Shown one piece after another: positions 39,156 to 49,783 of a stretch of DNA of 64,000 nucleotides. The position numbers and the translations under genes were made by a program. Numbering within the stretch: the first letter of the stretch is position 1; each line of letters begins with the position of its first letter. This DNA is from Pelagomonas calceolata. Taxonomy: Eukaryota. The stretch is from assembly GCA_918797485.1 (NCBI GenBank), contig CAKKNE010000005.1:3844001-3908000 (forward strand), written 5' to 3'. A model generated the notes under the pieces. The model searched no databases, was not told the origin of the DNA, and worked only from the letters and a program-made list of their open reading frames with translations.

Positions 39156-42083
39156 TCACTCGTCGCGCAGGAGGTCCCGCAGCGCGTTGTCCGACGCGTC
39201 CGCCGCCTCGTAGCGCGCGGACCGCTCGCGCATCGCCGCCGTGAGCTCCTCGAGGCGCCTTAATACATCATCCAGGCCGTCCTCCGACGACGACGACGAC
39301 GTGGCGAGCCGCTCCGTCGGGGAAATATCAGGAGACGAGTCCGACGGCACGCGCGGCCGGTCCGGCGAGAGCGACCGCAATAAACGCTCCGCGGCGTCGA
39401 GGGCCGACTCGGACGTCGTCTCGGGCGAGCTGGCCTCCTCCTCCTCGTCCGAGCCCGTCTCGGCGAGCGTGCGCCGTGCCCAGGCCGCCAGCGCGTCCGC
39501 GTCGCCCGAGCGGAGACCCTCCAGTAAGCCTAGAATAGCGTCGTCGCGCGGCAGCTCCGTCGTCGGCCCCGGCTCAGTAGATGGAGAAGATAACGGGTCC
39601 TCCTTGGCCTCCGGCGCGCCTTCGTCCAAAGCCGCTTGCACGTAGCTCTCGAGGATCTCGTCCCGCGTCCTTAGCTCGGCCTCGGCCGCGGCGACGGCCC
39701 TATCGGCGGCCGCGTTGATCGCATCCCTATCATCCTGCAGCGGCGACAAGTCGGAATACGTCTCGTCGTACCAGGTGCCTTGGCCCGGGGCTTCGTCCAA
39801 AGCGGCATCGAGATCGCGCCGCGGCAGCGCGTCCACGAACGTCTCCTGGTGGGGCGTGGCGCTCGCGAAGGCCGGCGCGTCGAGCGTGGGGGTGGGCGGC
39901 TCCTCCCAGGTCGGGGCCGCCGTCGTCGGCACGGGCGTGATCGGTTCCGTAAAATCGATGCCGTCGCCGGGGAGCACGTGCGCCGCGAAGGCGTCGTCGG
40001 TTGTTCCGTCGACGGCGGCGCGGCGCCGCGCGATGGCCGCCTCGAAGGGCGACGGCCCGGGCGGCGCGTCCTCGTCCTCGAGCGCGACCGGCTCCGTGAG
40101 CCGCTCGAAGGCCACCGGGGGTTCCGCCGGCGGGTCCGCGGCCGGGGCCTTGAAGACGAGGTCGCCGTCGTGGTGCGTCGTGTGGAAGCGGCGCGTCCGC
40201 GACGACAGCGTGTCGTCCTCGTCCGGGGACGGCGGCGCCGGCGGCGCCGCGGCCGCCGCGGCGTCGTCGGCCGCGAGCGTGGCCTCGACGAAGGCCATCG
40301 TCTCCCGCGTGTCCATCGACGGCGGCTCCGGCACCGCGGGCGGCTCGGCCGGGACCGTAGCGAGCGGCGGCGGCGCCTCCGTGGGAGACGGCGGCTCCGG
40401 GAGAACGGCGTCGAGGGCCGGCGCCGCGGCCACAGCGTCGAGGAGCGGCGGCGGCGCGTCCGCGGCCTCCGCGGCCGCCGGTGGCTCCGCGGGCGGCGCA
40501 ACGTCGGGGGCCGGCGCCTCGGACGGCGGCTCGGTTGCCATGTCGGCGAGCGGCGGCGACGGATCCTCCGCCGCGTCCGCCGGTGGCTCGGCGGCTGGGA
40601 CGGATGGCAGCGGCGAGGCCTCGGCGTCGAGGCGGTCGCCCTCCTCCGCCAGCTCCTTGAGGAAGGCCTCATCTAATACGTCCTCGTCCTCGTCCGCGAG
40701 GACCGCCTCCTTCTCCGGGGACGGCGTGGGAGGCGGCGGCCGCGGCCGCGGCACGACCTCTGATGGCGCCTCCATCTGCGTTAGTGGAGCGTCGCGCCGG
40801 TCGGACCAGTGCGTCGCCTGCAGCGACGCCGACGCCTCGGGCTTGGCGGCCAGCTCAACAGGCTTGGTCGAGAGGATCCGCGGCGGCGACGGCGACGCGC
40901 CCGTGTCCGAGGGCCTTTGATTTCGTCGGATGATGTCCGCGAAGCCCGTGGGGGCTGCGGCTCGGTAGGCCGCCTCGGCCGCGGCCTCGACGACGTCCTC
41001 GGCGGCCTGCGTGGCTTCGCCGAAGTCGCCGCGGCGCTGCGCGCGCCGCGCGGCGCGCTCATCCCTCAAAGACTGGAGCACGACGCCCGGCGCCTTTCGC
41101 TTTGCGTCCGCGCGCGCCTTCAGCCGGTGGCGGTCGAGTTCGAGCTGCGTCCGGTCGGCCATGCGCCGACTCATGTCTTTTCGGGTTGCTCTCAAACCGC
41201 GCTTCTGGGACATTTGGAGAGCGCGTTGCGCGTCCTCGGCCTGGCGCCGTCTTCTCGCAGCCGCCTTCTCGGCAGCGTCGGCGGCAGCTAGGCCCGCGGG
41301 CGACTGCTGCGCGGTCCGGCGAATCCGCGCGGCCGCGTCCGTCGCGGCCGCCGCCGCATGCGTGAGCGCGGCCGCGTGGCGCGTCGCCGGCACGGTCGTT
41401 CGCCAGGCGCCCACCTCCGTGATGCCTTCTCCTCTTGTTTGGACACAAGGACCGCCGGCGTCGAAGGTCTCGTCCCTCGAAAAGTCGCGCTCTTCCGTGA
41501 GCGGCGCGTCGTCGTCGGGCTCCATCTCGGCCATTTTGGCAGCATGTTTCACAGCGCGCGCGCGCTGGACAGCGGCCGCGTCGTTCCTCGACTCCCAGCG
41601 CTGCTCCGCTTGTATTTTTCGGGCGTCCCTCTCGAGATTCAGCTCTCGTTGCACATCGGCCGCGGCGCGGCTCCTTTGTAGAGCGTCGTCGCGGCGCTGT
41701 CGTGCTCGTAAACGCTCCTGCTGGAAGGCCTCTCGGGTATCGCCCGACGCGACGTCCGCGTCGCGATGGGCCGAGCCCGCGCTCAGCCTTCTACGGGCCG
41801 CGAGCGTCGCCGCGTCGGCGGCCTTCTTCCTTGCTTCATCCCGTTCGGCCGTCGTCGCCTCGTGGCGTGCCAAAGCCTCCTCGAGGGCCAAGCGCGCCTG
41901 GCGCTCCTGGGACACGCGCTTCTCGCGCTCCACAAAGAGCCGGCGGCACTGGTGCGACCGCGCGAGGCTCAGCTCTTTCCGTAAAGCGGTGGCCGCGGCG
42001 ATCTCCTCCTCGGGGCTCCAGGCGACGATGGAGTTCGGGCTCGTCGGCTGGCACCGTTTCGCGGCGAGCGCTACGATGCTCAT
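39156..42083 (-). CDS. Coiled-coil + Pro/acidic-rich protein (N-terminus weakly CEP295-like)
   Basis: 975-aa ORF. WSPEEE...coiled coil...SAGSAHRDA is reminiscent of the CEP295 N-terminus; tentative. Confidence 0.6.
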   Translation of the reverse strand: MSIVALAAKRCQPTSPNSIVAWSPEEEIAAATALRKELSLARSHQCRRLFVEREKRVSQERQARLALEEALARHEATTAERDEARKKAADAATLAARRRLSAGSAHRDADVASGDTREAFQQERLRARQRRDDALQRSRAAADVQRELNLERDARKIQAEQRWESRNDAAAVQRARAVKHAAKMAEMEPDDDAPLTEERDFSRDETFDAGGPCVQTRGEGITEVGAWRTTVPATRHAAALTHAAAAATDAAARIRRTAQQSPAGLAAADAAEKAAARRRRQAEDAQRALQMSQKRGLRATRKDMSRRMADRTQLELDRHRLKARADAKRKAPGVVLQSLRDERAARRAQRRGDFGEATQAAEDVVEAAAEAAYRAAAPTGFADIIRRNQRPSDTGASPSPPRILSTKPVELAAKPEASASLQATHWSDRRDAPLTQMEAPSEVVPRPRPPPPTPSPEKEAVLADEDEDVLDEAFLKELAEEGDRLDAEASPLPSVPAAEPPADAAEDPSPPLADMATEPPSEAPAPDVAPPAEPPAAAEAADAPPPLLDAVAAAPALDAVLPEPPSPTEAPPPLATVPAEPPAVPEPPSMDTRETMAFVEATLAADDAAAAAAPPAPPSPDEDDTLSSRTRRFHTTHHDGDLVFKAPAADPPAEPPVAFERLTEPVALEDEDAPPGPSPFEAAIARRRAAVDGTTDDAFAAHVLPGDGIDFTEPITPVPTTAAPTWEEPPTPTLDAPAFASATPHQETFVDALPRRDLDAALDEAPGQGTWYDETYSDLSPLQDDRDAINAAADRAVAAAEAELRTRDEILESYVQAALDEGAPEAKEDPLSSPSTEPGPTTELPRDDAILGLLEGLRSGDADALAAWARRTLAETGSDEEEEASSPETTSESALDAAERLLRSLSPDRPRVPSDSSPDISPTERLATSSSSSEDGLDDVLRRLEELTAAMRERSARYEAADASDNALRDLLRDE

Positions 42084-42577
42084 CTTTGCTGCTCAGTGCT
42101 TTTGGTTTTTTGGGTCCTGTGGCGGTTGCGCTGGCTCAGCTGACGCGAAACTTTTGCGGCCGTGCGCTGGCTTATCACTGGCGCTGTGCGTCGCGCCACA
42201 GCAGTAATGGGGCTCTACTTGCGCAGTTTTGAGGCCGACAAATTGAATGAAAAACAACACTTGCGGCTGAGAGGCCCGTTTGCAAACGACGGCGCGCGAT
42301 AGGCCCGATGCATCCAAGAGATCTCTGCTACAGGCTACGAAGCGTGGCAGGGAGCCAGCGTCTCGGCTTGAAACCCGTAGCAGCTCGAGCTGTGCATTGC
42401 AGCAGCGCTAAACGAGCACGCCGTGCATCATCCGTGCCGCAGCAGGTGTTTTTGAGGACCTGTGATAGCGCATCTCTCGACGCGAAGCTTTCTCGACGCC
42501 GCCGCTGCGCCACCTAGGCAGAGACAACCCTCGCTGTGCCAGAGAGCAGTGCGTCGACAGCCACACGCCGCAGAAAG

Positions 42578-43063
42578 ATGCTGCGCCTCCTCGCCCTCAC
42601 CCTCATCACAACGACACTAGCCGAGCGCCAACAGGTCGGCGACGACGGCCAGGCGAAGCGCCTCTTCGAGTCCATGTTCCCAAGGGAGTGGGTCTTCGAC
42701 CAGCAGTTCGAGGGCCGAGGCAAGGGAAGAAAAAATGGTAGTGTGAGAGTGAAGCTCGACAAGTCGCGCATCGCGACGTTCCGCGGCGGCCTCAAAGGGA
42801 TTTGGAATTTGAAGGAAACGAAGAAGCCGAACTTTTTAGAGTTGGAACTACCGTTGAACAAGGCCGACGACAAGTACCTGCTCTACCAAGTGAATTGCCG
42901 ACCGGGCAAGTATTTTGACAATGCCGTCAACTTCGACGAGGAAGGTGTCATTTATGAGGTGTCTTCATTTGTACCTTCACCGGAGACGATGAAGCCCGTC
43001 GGCAAGTTCTCGGTGCGTCCCATTGCGGCCAAGCCCATGTTGGATAGGTCGCTTAGATGTTAA
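42578..43063 (+). CDS. Hypothetical secreted protein
   Basis: ATG at 42578, signal peptide MLRLLALTLITTTLA, beta-rich mature part. Confidence 0.65.
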   Translation: MLRLLALTLITTTLAERQQVGDDGQAKRLFESMFPREWVFDQQFEGRGKGRKNGSVRVKLDKSRIATFRGGLKGIWNLKETKKPNFLELELPLNKADDKYLLYQVNCRPGKYFDNAVNFDEEGVIYEVSSFVPSPETMKPVGKFSVRPIAAKPMLDRSLRC

Positions 43064-43064
43064 C

Positions 43065-43679
43065 TTAGGTCTCCTCGACGCCTAGAATTTCTAATCTGAA
43101 AGATGATGCGGTGCCCTTCTGCACGAAGGTTTTTTCCGGGTTCGGCGAGCCGTCGCTGAGATACAAAGAGAGCATGAAGCCGACCTGGGCCATGTCTTTG
43201 GGATTCAATGAGCCCGCGTGCGAACGGCTGCGCTGGCCGCCGAACGACGGCACGAATTTTGCGAGAGGTAGGACGACGGACTGCTCCTCGCCGAGCTTCG
43301 TGGGCAGGTCGTGCTGCCAGGACGGGTTGTTCGACCACGGGCCGCCGCCTTGCCCGTTCGACAGTAAGACCTTGTACGTCTTGCCGTCGCCGCGGAAGCG
43401 CACGCGGAGAGCGTCGCTCTTCAGTCCGCCGGCGAAGTCCGCGCGGACGGACGTGAAGCCGCCGCCTCTCGTATCGAGCATGCCCGCAAAAGTCAGAGCT
43501 CCACCCTCGGTCGTGTGCTGCGTCGACGACCGGCCGCCCATGACGCCGTCGTCGAGCCGGTACCATTTCAAGGCTTCCGTGCTGCCAAGCCGTATTTTTG
43601 CGCTGGCCACGGCTTCTCGGCGGTTCGTAGCCACGCTATAAGCCATCATGGTGCGCAGGGACGTCCAGCTCTGGCCCAT
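43065..43679 (-). CDS. CIA30 (complex I intermediate-associated protein 30) family protein
   Basis: WYRLDDGVMGGRS, GGGFTSVR, RFRGDGKTYK, FRLEI. First ATG at 43679. Confidence 0.85.
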   Translation of the reverse strand: MGQSWTSLRTMMAYSVATNRREAVASAKIRLGSTEALKWYRLDDGVMGGRSSTQHTTEGGALTFAGMLDTRGGGFTSVRADFAGGLKSDALRVRFRGDGKTYKVLLSNGQGGGPWSNNPSWQHDLPTKLGEEQSVVLPLAKFVPSFGGQRSRSHAGSLNPKDMAQVGFMLSLYLSDGSPNPEKTFVQKGTASSFRLEILGVEET

Positions 43680-43798
43680 GTGTGGACTTGCCTCTGCAGA
43701 GTTGTTTACGCAGCGGCAGCTGCTCGTTGGCGTCACTCGTGTTTACAGCTATTCGTGTAGCCGCGCGTACGTCACTTTTTGCTCGGAGAGCCAGGCGC

Positions 43799-43822
43799 TC
43801 TAGTGTGTCTGTGCACGCTAGC
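43799..43822 (+). promoter_or_regulatory. GCTAG element, arms and 10-nt spacing conserved, core divergent
   Basis: TCTAGTG-TGTCTGTGCA-CGCTAGC between divergent starts 43679 and 43876. Confidence 0.5.
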
Positions 43823-43875
43823 TCTGGTGGCGGCTGGGAGACAAAAAAAGCTGTGCGCGCTAACTTCCAGCACCA

Positions 43876-44310
43876 ATGAAGGCCATCTCCAACCGCGCGC
43901 TGGCCATCAGCTGCCTCCAGGCCTGCGCCATCTTTGGTGCCGGTTACATAGCGAGAGGCCGGCCAGCATCGACTGGCGTGCCCAAAGGCGCGTTCTTCCT
44001 GCTCGTAGAGATGGAATTCAAGAGCGTCGCGGACCGCGAGAAGGCGGAGGCGATCTTTGCGCCGGAAGCGAGGTGGTGCCGCGACCACGAGCCCGGAACG
44101 TTGTCGTACGAGTGGGCGCGCAGCGACAGTAACGATAGAGCAATCATAGTGGTCGAGCGCTACGCCGATAAAGAGACAGCCTACGCGTCGGTGCACAAGA
44201 GCTCCGAAGCGTTCAAGAAATTCCGGCCGCAGCTCGCCGCGTTGGAACCGGTGATCAACGGCCACTCCTACGTCGCGTCAGACATCGGCTACACGTCGCG
44301 GCTCGAGTGA
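43876..44310 (+). CDS. Antibiotic biosynthesis monooxygenase (ABM)-like dimeric alpha-beta barrel protein
   Basis: HEPGTLSYE, IIVVERYADKETAY..VHKSSEAFKKF, with an N-terminal hydrophobic segment. Confidence 0.8.
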   Translation: MKAISNRALAISCLQACAIFGAGYIARGRPASTGVPKGAFFLLVEMEFKSVADREKAEAIFAPEARWCRDHEPGTLSYEWARSDSNDRAIIVVERYADKETAYASVHKSSEAFKKFRPQLAALEPVINGHSYVASDIGYTSRLE

Positions 44311-44378
44311 GGGTCTACGCGCGGTGTAATAATGTGTGTGTTTATTTAGTATGAAGGCGACGCGTCGATGGCGTCGGT

Positions 44379-44404
44379 TTGCTAGTGTCTTACATGCCGC
44401 TAGC
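44379..44404 (+). promoter_or_regulatory. GCTAG element, consensus copy (identical to the 12060 copy over 26 bp)
   Basis: TTGCTAGTGTCTTACA-TGC-CGCTAGC, ~155 bp upstream of the GCN2 ATG. Confidence 0.7.
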
Positions 44405-44560
44405 TAGCCAGAGCTGCTGAAAACAAGCGTGTGTTTAAGCAGTTAAATTGCCTCACGCGTGGCGTTAGATTGCGCAGGATCGCTGCAGCAAAAAGGTCAT
44501 TTGAAACTGCAACGTCTTTGATCGTTTGACGCTTGCAACACCAAACCCCAGACTGCTAAG

Positions 44561-47500
44561 ATGTACTCCGTCTTCGAGGAGCACTCGACAGAAGGCCTCA
44601 CGGAGGACGCCACCGACAGCGCGGAGTCCGTGGAGAGACGGAGAGAAGAGGAAGAGGCGCTCAGGGCCATTTTCGGGGACGACGCCGTCGCCGTCGAGGA
44701 GAGCGTTGATGCGTTAGGAACGATACGCATCACGCTCGAACCCGGGATCTGGAACGCGGAGGCGACGGCGATGCCCCGGCTCACGCTCTCGTGCTTGAGG
44801 CGACGGGGCTATCCGGAAAAGCGACCGGTCGAGGTGGACCTGCGCGACACAAAAAACGTGCCGGGCGCGGCCCTGCGCGACCTGCGCGCCGTGCTTAGTA
44901 AAGAGGCGCACCAAGCGGTCGGCGAAGTCGCGATCCACGGCCTCTGCGCGGCCGCCGTCGACGCGCTCGAGGACTTGGAACGGGGCGCGCTGCCGCTCTC
45001 GGAGCGCGCGAAGCGCCGCGAGGCCGACGCGGCGCAAAAGGCGACCGAGTCCGAGGCGCGCGCGCGCGCGGCCCAGGACAAGGAGCGCCGCGCCGCGCTC
45101 GAGGCCGAGCGCGAGGCGCGCGCCGCCGCGCTGCGGGCCGAGCAGGAGTCGCAGGCGCGGCGCCGGTCCGAGATGCGCCGGTCCGCGGAGCCGCTCATTA
45201 CCGGTGGCTCCGGGTCGTTCAACGACGGCTCGTCGTCGTCGTCGTCGGGCGACGAGCTCGGCGGGCCGCTGCAGTCGCGCTACGCGTCCGACTTCAAAGA
45301 AAGGCGCGTTCTCGGGCGGGGCGGCTGCGGGGAAGTGTGCGAGGTCCTGAACCGGTTAGATAGGAGGACCTACGCGATCAAAAAGGTGCGCCTCACGGGC
45401 GGCGCCTCCCGCCGCGACGCGCGGCGCCAGCTAAGGGAAGTGGAAGCTTTAGCAGCAGCCTTCCACCCGCACGTCGTGCGGTACTACCAGGCATACGTCC
45501 GCGCAGAAATCAAAGCTCGCCGGTCCCATAGCGGTTAACCTCCACGCAGGCCTGGATCGAGGGCCTCGAGGACGCGCCCATCCAAGAGGAGTTCTCGCTC
45601 TTGGACGGCTTTTCGGACGAGGACGACGACAGCGACTCGGACATCATCTCGTCGTCGTCGAATTTGACAGGGAAGCCCGCTACTACGACGCTGTACATCC
45701 AGATGGAGTTCTGCGCGGCGACGCTGCGCCAGCTGATCGATACAAGACGTTTAGAACAGCGGCGCGACGACCAGTGGCGATTGCTGCGGCAGATTTTACT
45801 AGCCTTACAATACCTGCATGACAAGCTCTTGGTGCACCGCGACTTAAAACCTGCAAATATCATGCTGGATGCCCAGGGAAATGCTAAATTAGGCGACCTC
45901 GGCCTCGCGACGACGATCCGCGACCGCGACGAGCAAATCACGCGCCAGCTCTCGCTCGTCGACGAGGACGACGAAAGCGCCGCGAACGACGACACGGCGA
46001 CGTCGATGACGCGCGGCGTCGGCACGTTTCTGTACCGGGCGCCGGAAGTCGCGCAGCACAGGGCCTACGACAGCGGCGCGGACATGTACTCGCTGGGTGT
46101 TGTGGCCTTCGAATTACTTAGAGGCGCGCCTTATGGGACGGCGATGGAGCGCGTCGAGTCCATCCAGGCGCTGCGCAAGGCGGGCGAGCGCGTGCGGAGC
46201 AGTGGGATGGAAGACTGCTTCGACGCTGATACGGACGGTCGCGTCCGGGAGTTGGTGTTGGGGCTCGTGCGGGCCGACCCCGCGCAGCGGCCCTCGGCCG
46301 CGGATTTGCTGAACGGGCCCCTGCTCCCGGCGCCGCGCGAGCTCTCCACCGAAGTCCTGGACGCCGCTACAAGCGCTTTGCGCAACCCCCTCAGTCCGGC
46401 CCGCGCGACTTTACTGGATGCCCTCTTCGGCGCGCCGACGTCCGAGCTCGTCGACGTGGCGTACGACCAGAACGAGCGCGGCGCGTTCTCATTGATGGCT
46501 TTAAGGGACGCGCGCGCGCGCGAGGCCGCACGGAGACGCGTCGTTGATCAGTTGGAGAAGGCCGGCGCCGCGCCCCTGGACGCGCCTTTATTACGTCCGA
46601 AGCCGCCGCCGCGCGACGACATTGATGATGGAGATGAGGTCGTCCTCGTCGACGCGAGAGGCACGTCCGTGCTCCTGCCGCGCGAGTCGACGACGTCCTT
46701 CGCGCGGCGCGTCGCGCGCTCGGCGCTGTCGCGCCGGAAGGCGCGCGCCAGCTTCGGCACCTGCAAGCGGTATGCCTGCGCCAAGGTATTCGCGCCGACG
46801 GCCGCGGGCCCACCCCAAGAACGCTTGGAAATAGCCTACGACTGCGTGAGCCGCGCGGCGCCCGAGGCCGTCGTTTGTGGGGAGGCCCTGGCGCTGTGTG
46901 TCGACGCCTGCCGCGCGGCATCAGACGACGCGGACCTGGCCGTCGAGGTGCGCGCGTCGCACGCGAGTCTGGCCCCGGCGCTCGCGGGCCTGCGCCAGAC
47001 GGCGCCGCCGAAGATCCGCGACGCATTGGATGCCCAGGGCGGAATCCTGCGGGGCGGCGCCGTGCAGGCGCTCGAGCGCCTGCGTTCTCTGTTGCGACGG
47101 CCCGTGTCCGACGTGGCGAAGCGCTTCGAAGGGTGTCGCAGAGATGCTGCGGGCGCCGTCCGCGATCTCTTCGACGCCGTGACCTGCGCGGCACTCGCGG
47201 GCATCGAGGACGCGGACGACGCGCTGCAGCACGACGAGGCCGAGGCGGCACTCCCGATCAGTCGCGTGTCGTCGTCGCCGCAGTCCTGGGACCAGCGCGG
47301 GGGGCACATGCGCCACCGCTCGTCGATCCCGGACGAGAACGACGTCGACGCCGTGCGCAAGGCGGCGCGCCGGTGCTCGCGGGTCGAGGCCTCGACGACC
47401 ATTCTCGTTGATGAGTCTCTAGTCGCGGCGGCGCCCTACGAGGGCGTCTTCTTTGAGGTACGGGCGAACGACCGCGTCGTCGCTGTCGGTGGATGCTATG

Positions 47501-48507
47501 GCGACGTTGTGGCTAGGAATGTGGCGCCGGTGGAGCGCGCGTCGCTCGCGGACGCGGCGGTCGTCGCCGCCGGCTTCCGCCTCGACCTGGACGCGGCGCG
47601 CCCGTCCGCTGAGGACATCGAGGCAGCCAAGGCGGCCGCGGAGAGCGAGGGGCGCGCCGTCGCGACGGAGGCCTCGCTGGACGTGCTCGTCGTCGACGAG
47701 GATGGCAACCTACGTCGCGCGCTCGCGGTCGCCGCGGCGTTGCGCCGCCGCGGCTTCGCTGCCGACAGTGTGACGGCCGAGCGGGTCGATAGGCACCGGC
47801 CGGCGCCGCTCGCGCGCGCCGCGGCCGCGGGCGTCCCGTGGCTCGCCCAGGTCTACGGCGACGGCGCGATACAGCTCGCCGACGCCAAAGAGGCCCGCCC
47901 GCCGGTCGTGTGCGACGACGTCTCGGCCGCGGCGGACGCCCTCTCCAAATTAGTGAGGACGAGCGACGACGTAGAAGTGGCCGTGCGCGCGGGCATCGCC
48001 GCGGGCGCGGGCATCGCGCGCGCCCTGGCCGCCGACGACCACCACGACAAGACACTTGTGCCGTATGTGCACTGCGCGGCTCCAACAGCGCCGCGGCGCG
48101 CCGACGTCGCGGCGCGCTGCGTCTCGGCGCTCGAGGCCGCGGGCCTGCGACGCGTGCGCCTCGTCAAGCACGGCGAGGGCTCGCCGCGCTGCGTGTCCGT
48201 CGACGCGAAGCTCGCGTCGCTCCGCGCCGTCGGGAGCCGCCTGTCGGCCGCCGAGGGGCCCGACGACGTCGCCGACGTCCAGGCGGATTTAGATAGGGAC
48301 AAGCAGAACAAGGACCGCCTGGCGCTCCAGTCGTTCGTCAAGGAGTGCCAGGCGGCGGCGGGCGGCGCCACGCACGGCCACGTCCTCGTCTACGCGTACT
48401 CGGTGCCGGACAACGCGCTGGACCTGGTCCCGGTGCCGTGTGTTGCGGCCTACTCCGGCGGCGGGTCGCGGCGTCATGGCTCGAAGAAGGGGAAGCGGCG
48501 GTCGTAG
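44561..48507 (+). CDS. GCN2: eIF2-alpha kinase GCN2 (RWD + kinase + HisRS-like), ~1295 aa; exons 44561-45490 and 45550-48507
   Basis: RWD: EEEEALRAIFGD..YP. Kinase: SRYASDF..LGRGGCGEV, YAIKK, HPHVVRYYQ|AWIE after splicing, LYIQMEFC, HRDLKPANI, GVGTFLYRAPE. HisRS-like: VAVGGCYG. Confidence 0.88.
45491..45549 (+). mobile_element. Introner-type intron (59 nt, GC-AG)
   Basis: CAG|GCATACGT CCGCGCAGAAATCAA...TTAACCTCCACGCAG|GCCTGGAT. Splicing restores the conserved VRYYQAWIE. Confidence 0.75.
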
Positions 48508-48933
48508 TTGTGTTTTGTGTGTTGCTTAACATTGTTCTATTCGCAGATGTCAGAGAGTGTCGCTTATTGTGCTAGCCCCTCTAGCCCGGACCCCGAGTGT
48601 GTCACCGCGTCGGCTCGAGAAACCCGTTTTTTAGGCCACTCGTGTGTCCACCAGGTGTTTCCCCCGCGACGAATGCTCGCACGCCTCGAATACGGATGGC
48701 TAGTTTGCGCCGTCCAATTGACAGCACTTTTAGCGCCAGTCTCCGTCCGACGCTCTCCGGTCGGGATTAACGCCATCGACGCTACCCGATCTCCGTAGCA
48801 CACGCGGCACGTCGCCACAGCATCAGCGCGCAGCTCACCGAATCCCGGCTTTCGCGGGCGCAAGCGGCAAAAGGGCAGCCTCTCCCACCACACCTCGACG
48901 AGCAGCGCCCGCTGCCACCATCAACCAGCCACC

Positions 48934-49665
48934 ATGCCCGTCATGGACGCCTTCAAGCAGACGTCGGCCTGTCCCACGGACTCCGTCGTGAGCATCAAGG
49001 CCAGGCACGCCGAGCCCGTCCCGAACTCGCACAAGACGCCCGCGCCCGGCGCGTACACCATACCAGGAGGAATTGGGGAAAAAGCAGGCGTCTATAAACG
49101 GGCCAAGGGCGGCCGCTTCGGGAAGGAACGGCGGGGCCAGGACCCCGAAGACCGGGAGAAGGCCTGCAAGCCCGGTCCGAAATATGCTCTCGGAAGCACG
49201 ATGGGCCGGCAGATGCTGAGTACGCGGCCCGGCAGTCCCGCCACGAAGATGGGCGGCCGCTACAGCGTCACCCCGAAAGTTGATGAATCGTTTACTTGTC
49301 GGGCGGATAGCTTCTTGAGACCTTCCAGCAGCCCAAATGCCCCCTGGGCGCCGCAGTACACGATGGCGCACAAGGTGTCGCCGATCAAGGCGGACCACGC
49401 GGACAACCCCGGGCCCGGGGCCTTCGATCTGGAGAAGTATACCAAAGTTGAGAGGACGCGCTACGGCTGCCCCGTGACCATTAAGGTAAGGCACGGCGCC
49501 AAAGATAGAACGGACGGCCCGGGGCCCATGCGCTGCCGGACGGACTCGGGGTTTGGTCGTCAAATCGTCTCCACGCAGAAGAACGGGCCCGCCTGTTCGT
49601 TTGGGAGGCGGGGGCGGGCGCGCAAGTTGGATGATGGTGGCCCGGGGCCCGGGGCCTACGGCTAG
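48934..49665 (+). CDS. ODF3/SHIPPO-repeat axonemal protein
   Basis: Multiple PGP repeats: TPAPGAY, KPGPKY, NPGPGAF, GPGP, GPGPGAY. Confidence 0.8.
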   Translation: MPVMDAFKQTSACPTDSVVSIKARHAEPVPNSHKTPAPGAYTIPGGIGEKAGVYKRAKGGRFGKERRGQDPEDREKACKPGPKYALGSTMGRQMLSTRPGSPATKMGGRYSVTPKVDESFTCRADSFLRPSSSPNAPWAPQYTMAHKVSPIKADHADNPGPGAFDLEKYTKVERTRYGCPVTIKVRHGAKDRTDGPGPMRCRTDSGFGRQIVSTQKNGPACSFGRRGRARKLDDGGPGPGAYG

Positions 49666-49783
49666 TAGGGGCGCGTAATTTTATCGTGAGTCTTGGTAGT
49701 CGCCCTACCAAAATCCCTACCGTGACTCGTCGGACTCAGACAGCTAGTGGCGCGACCGTGACTCGGATATTTTATCGTAAGTC

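Noticed and set aside
12060..44404. GCTAG element as a CRISPR repeat, tRNA fragment or MITE
   Set aside because: Copies are single and kilobases apart, with no spacer array, no cas genes, no cloverleaf and no flanking target duplication.
45497..45549. GT donor at 45497 in GCN2
   Set aside because: It is in frame but inserts AY into the conserved VRYYxAWIE motif, so the GC donor at 45491 is preferred. Not formally excluded.
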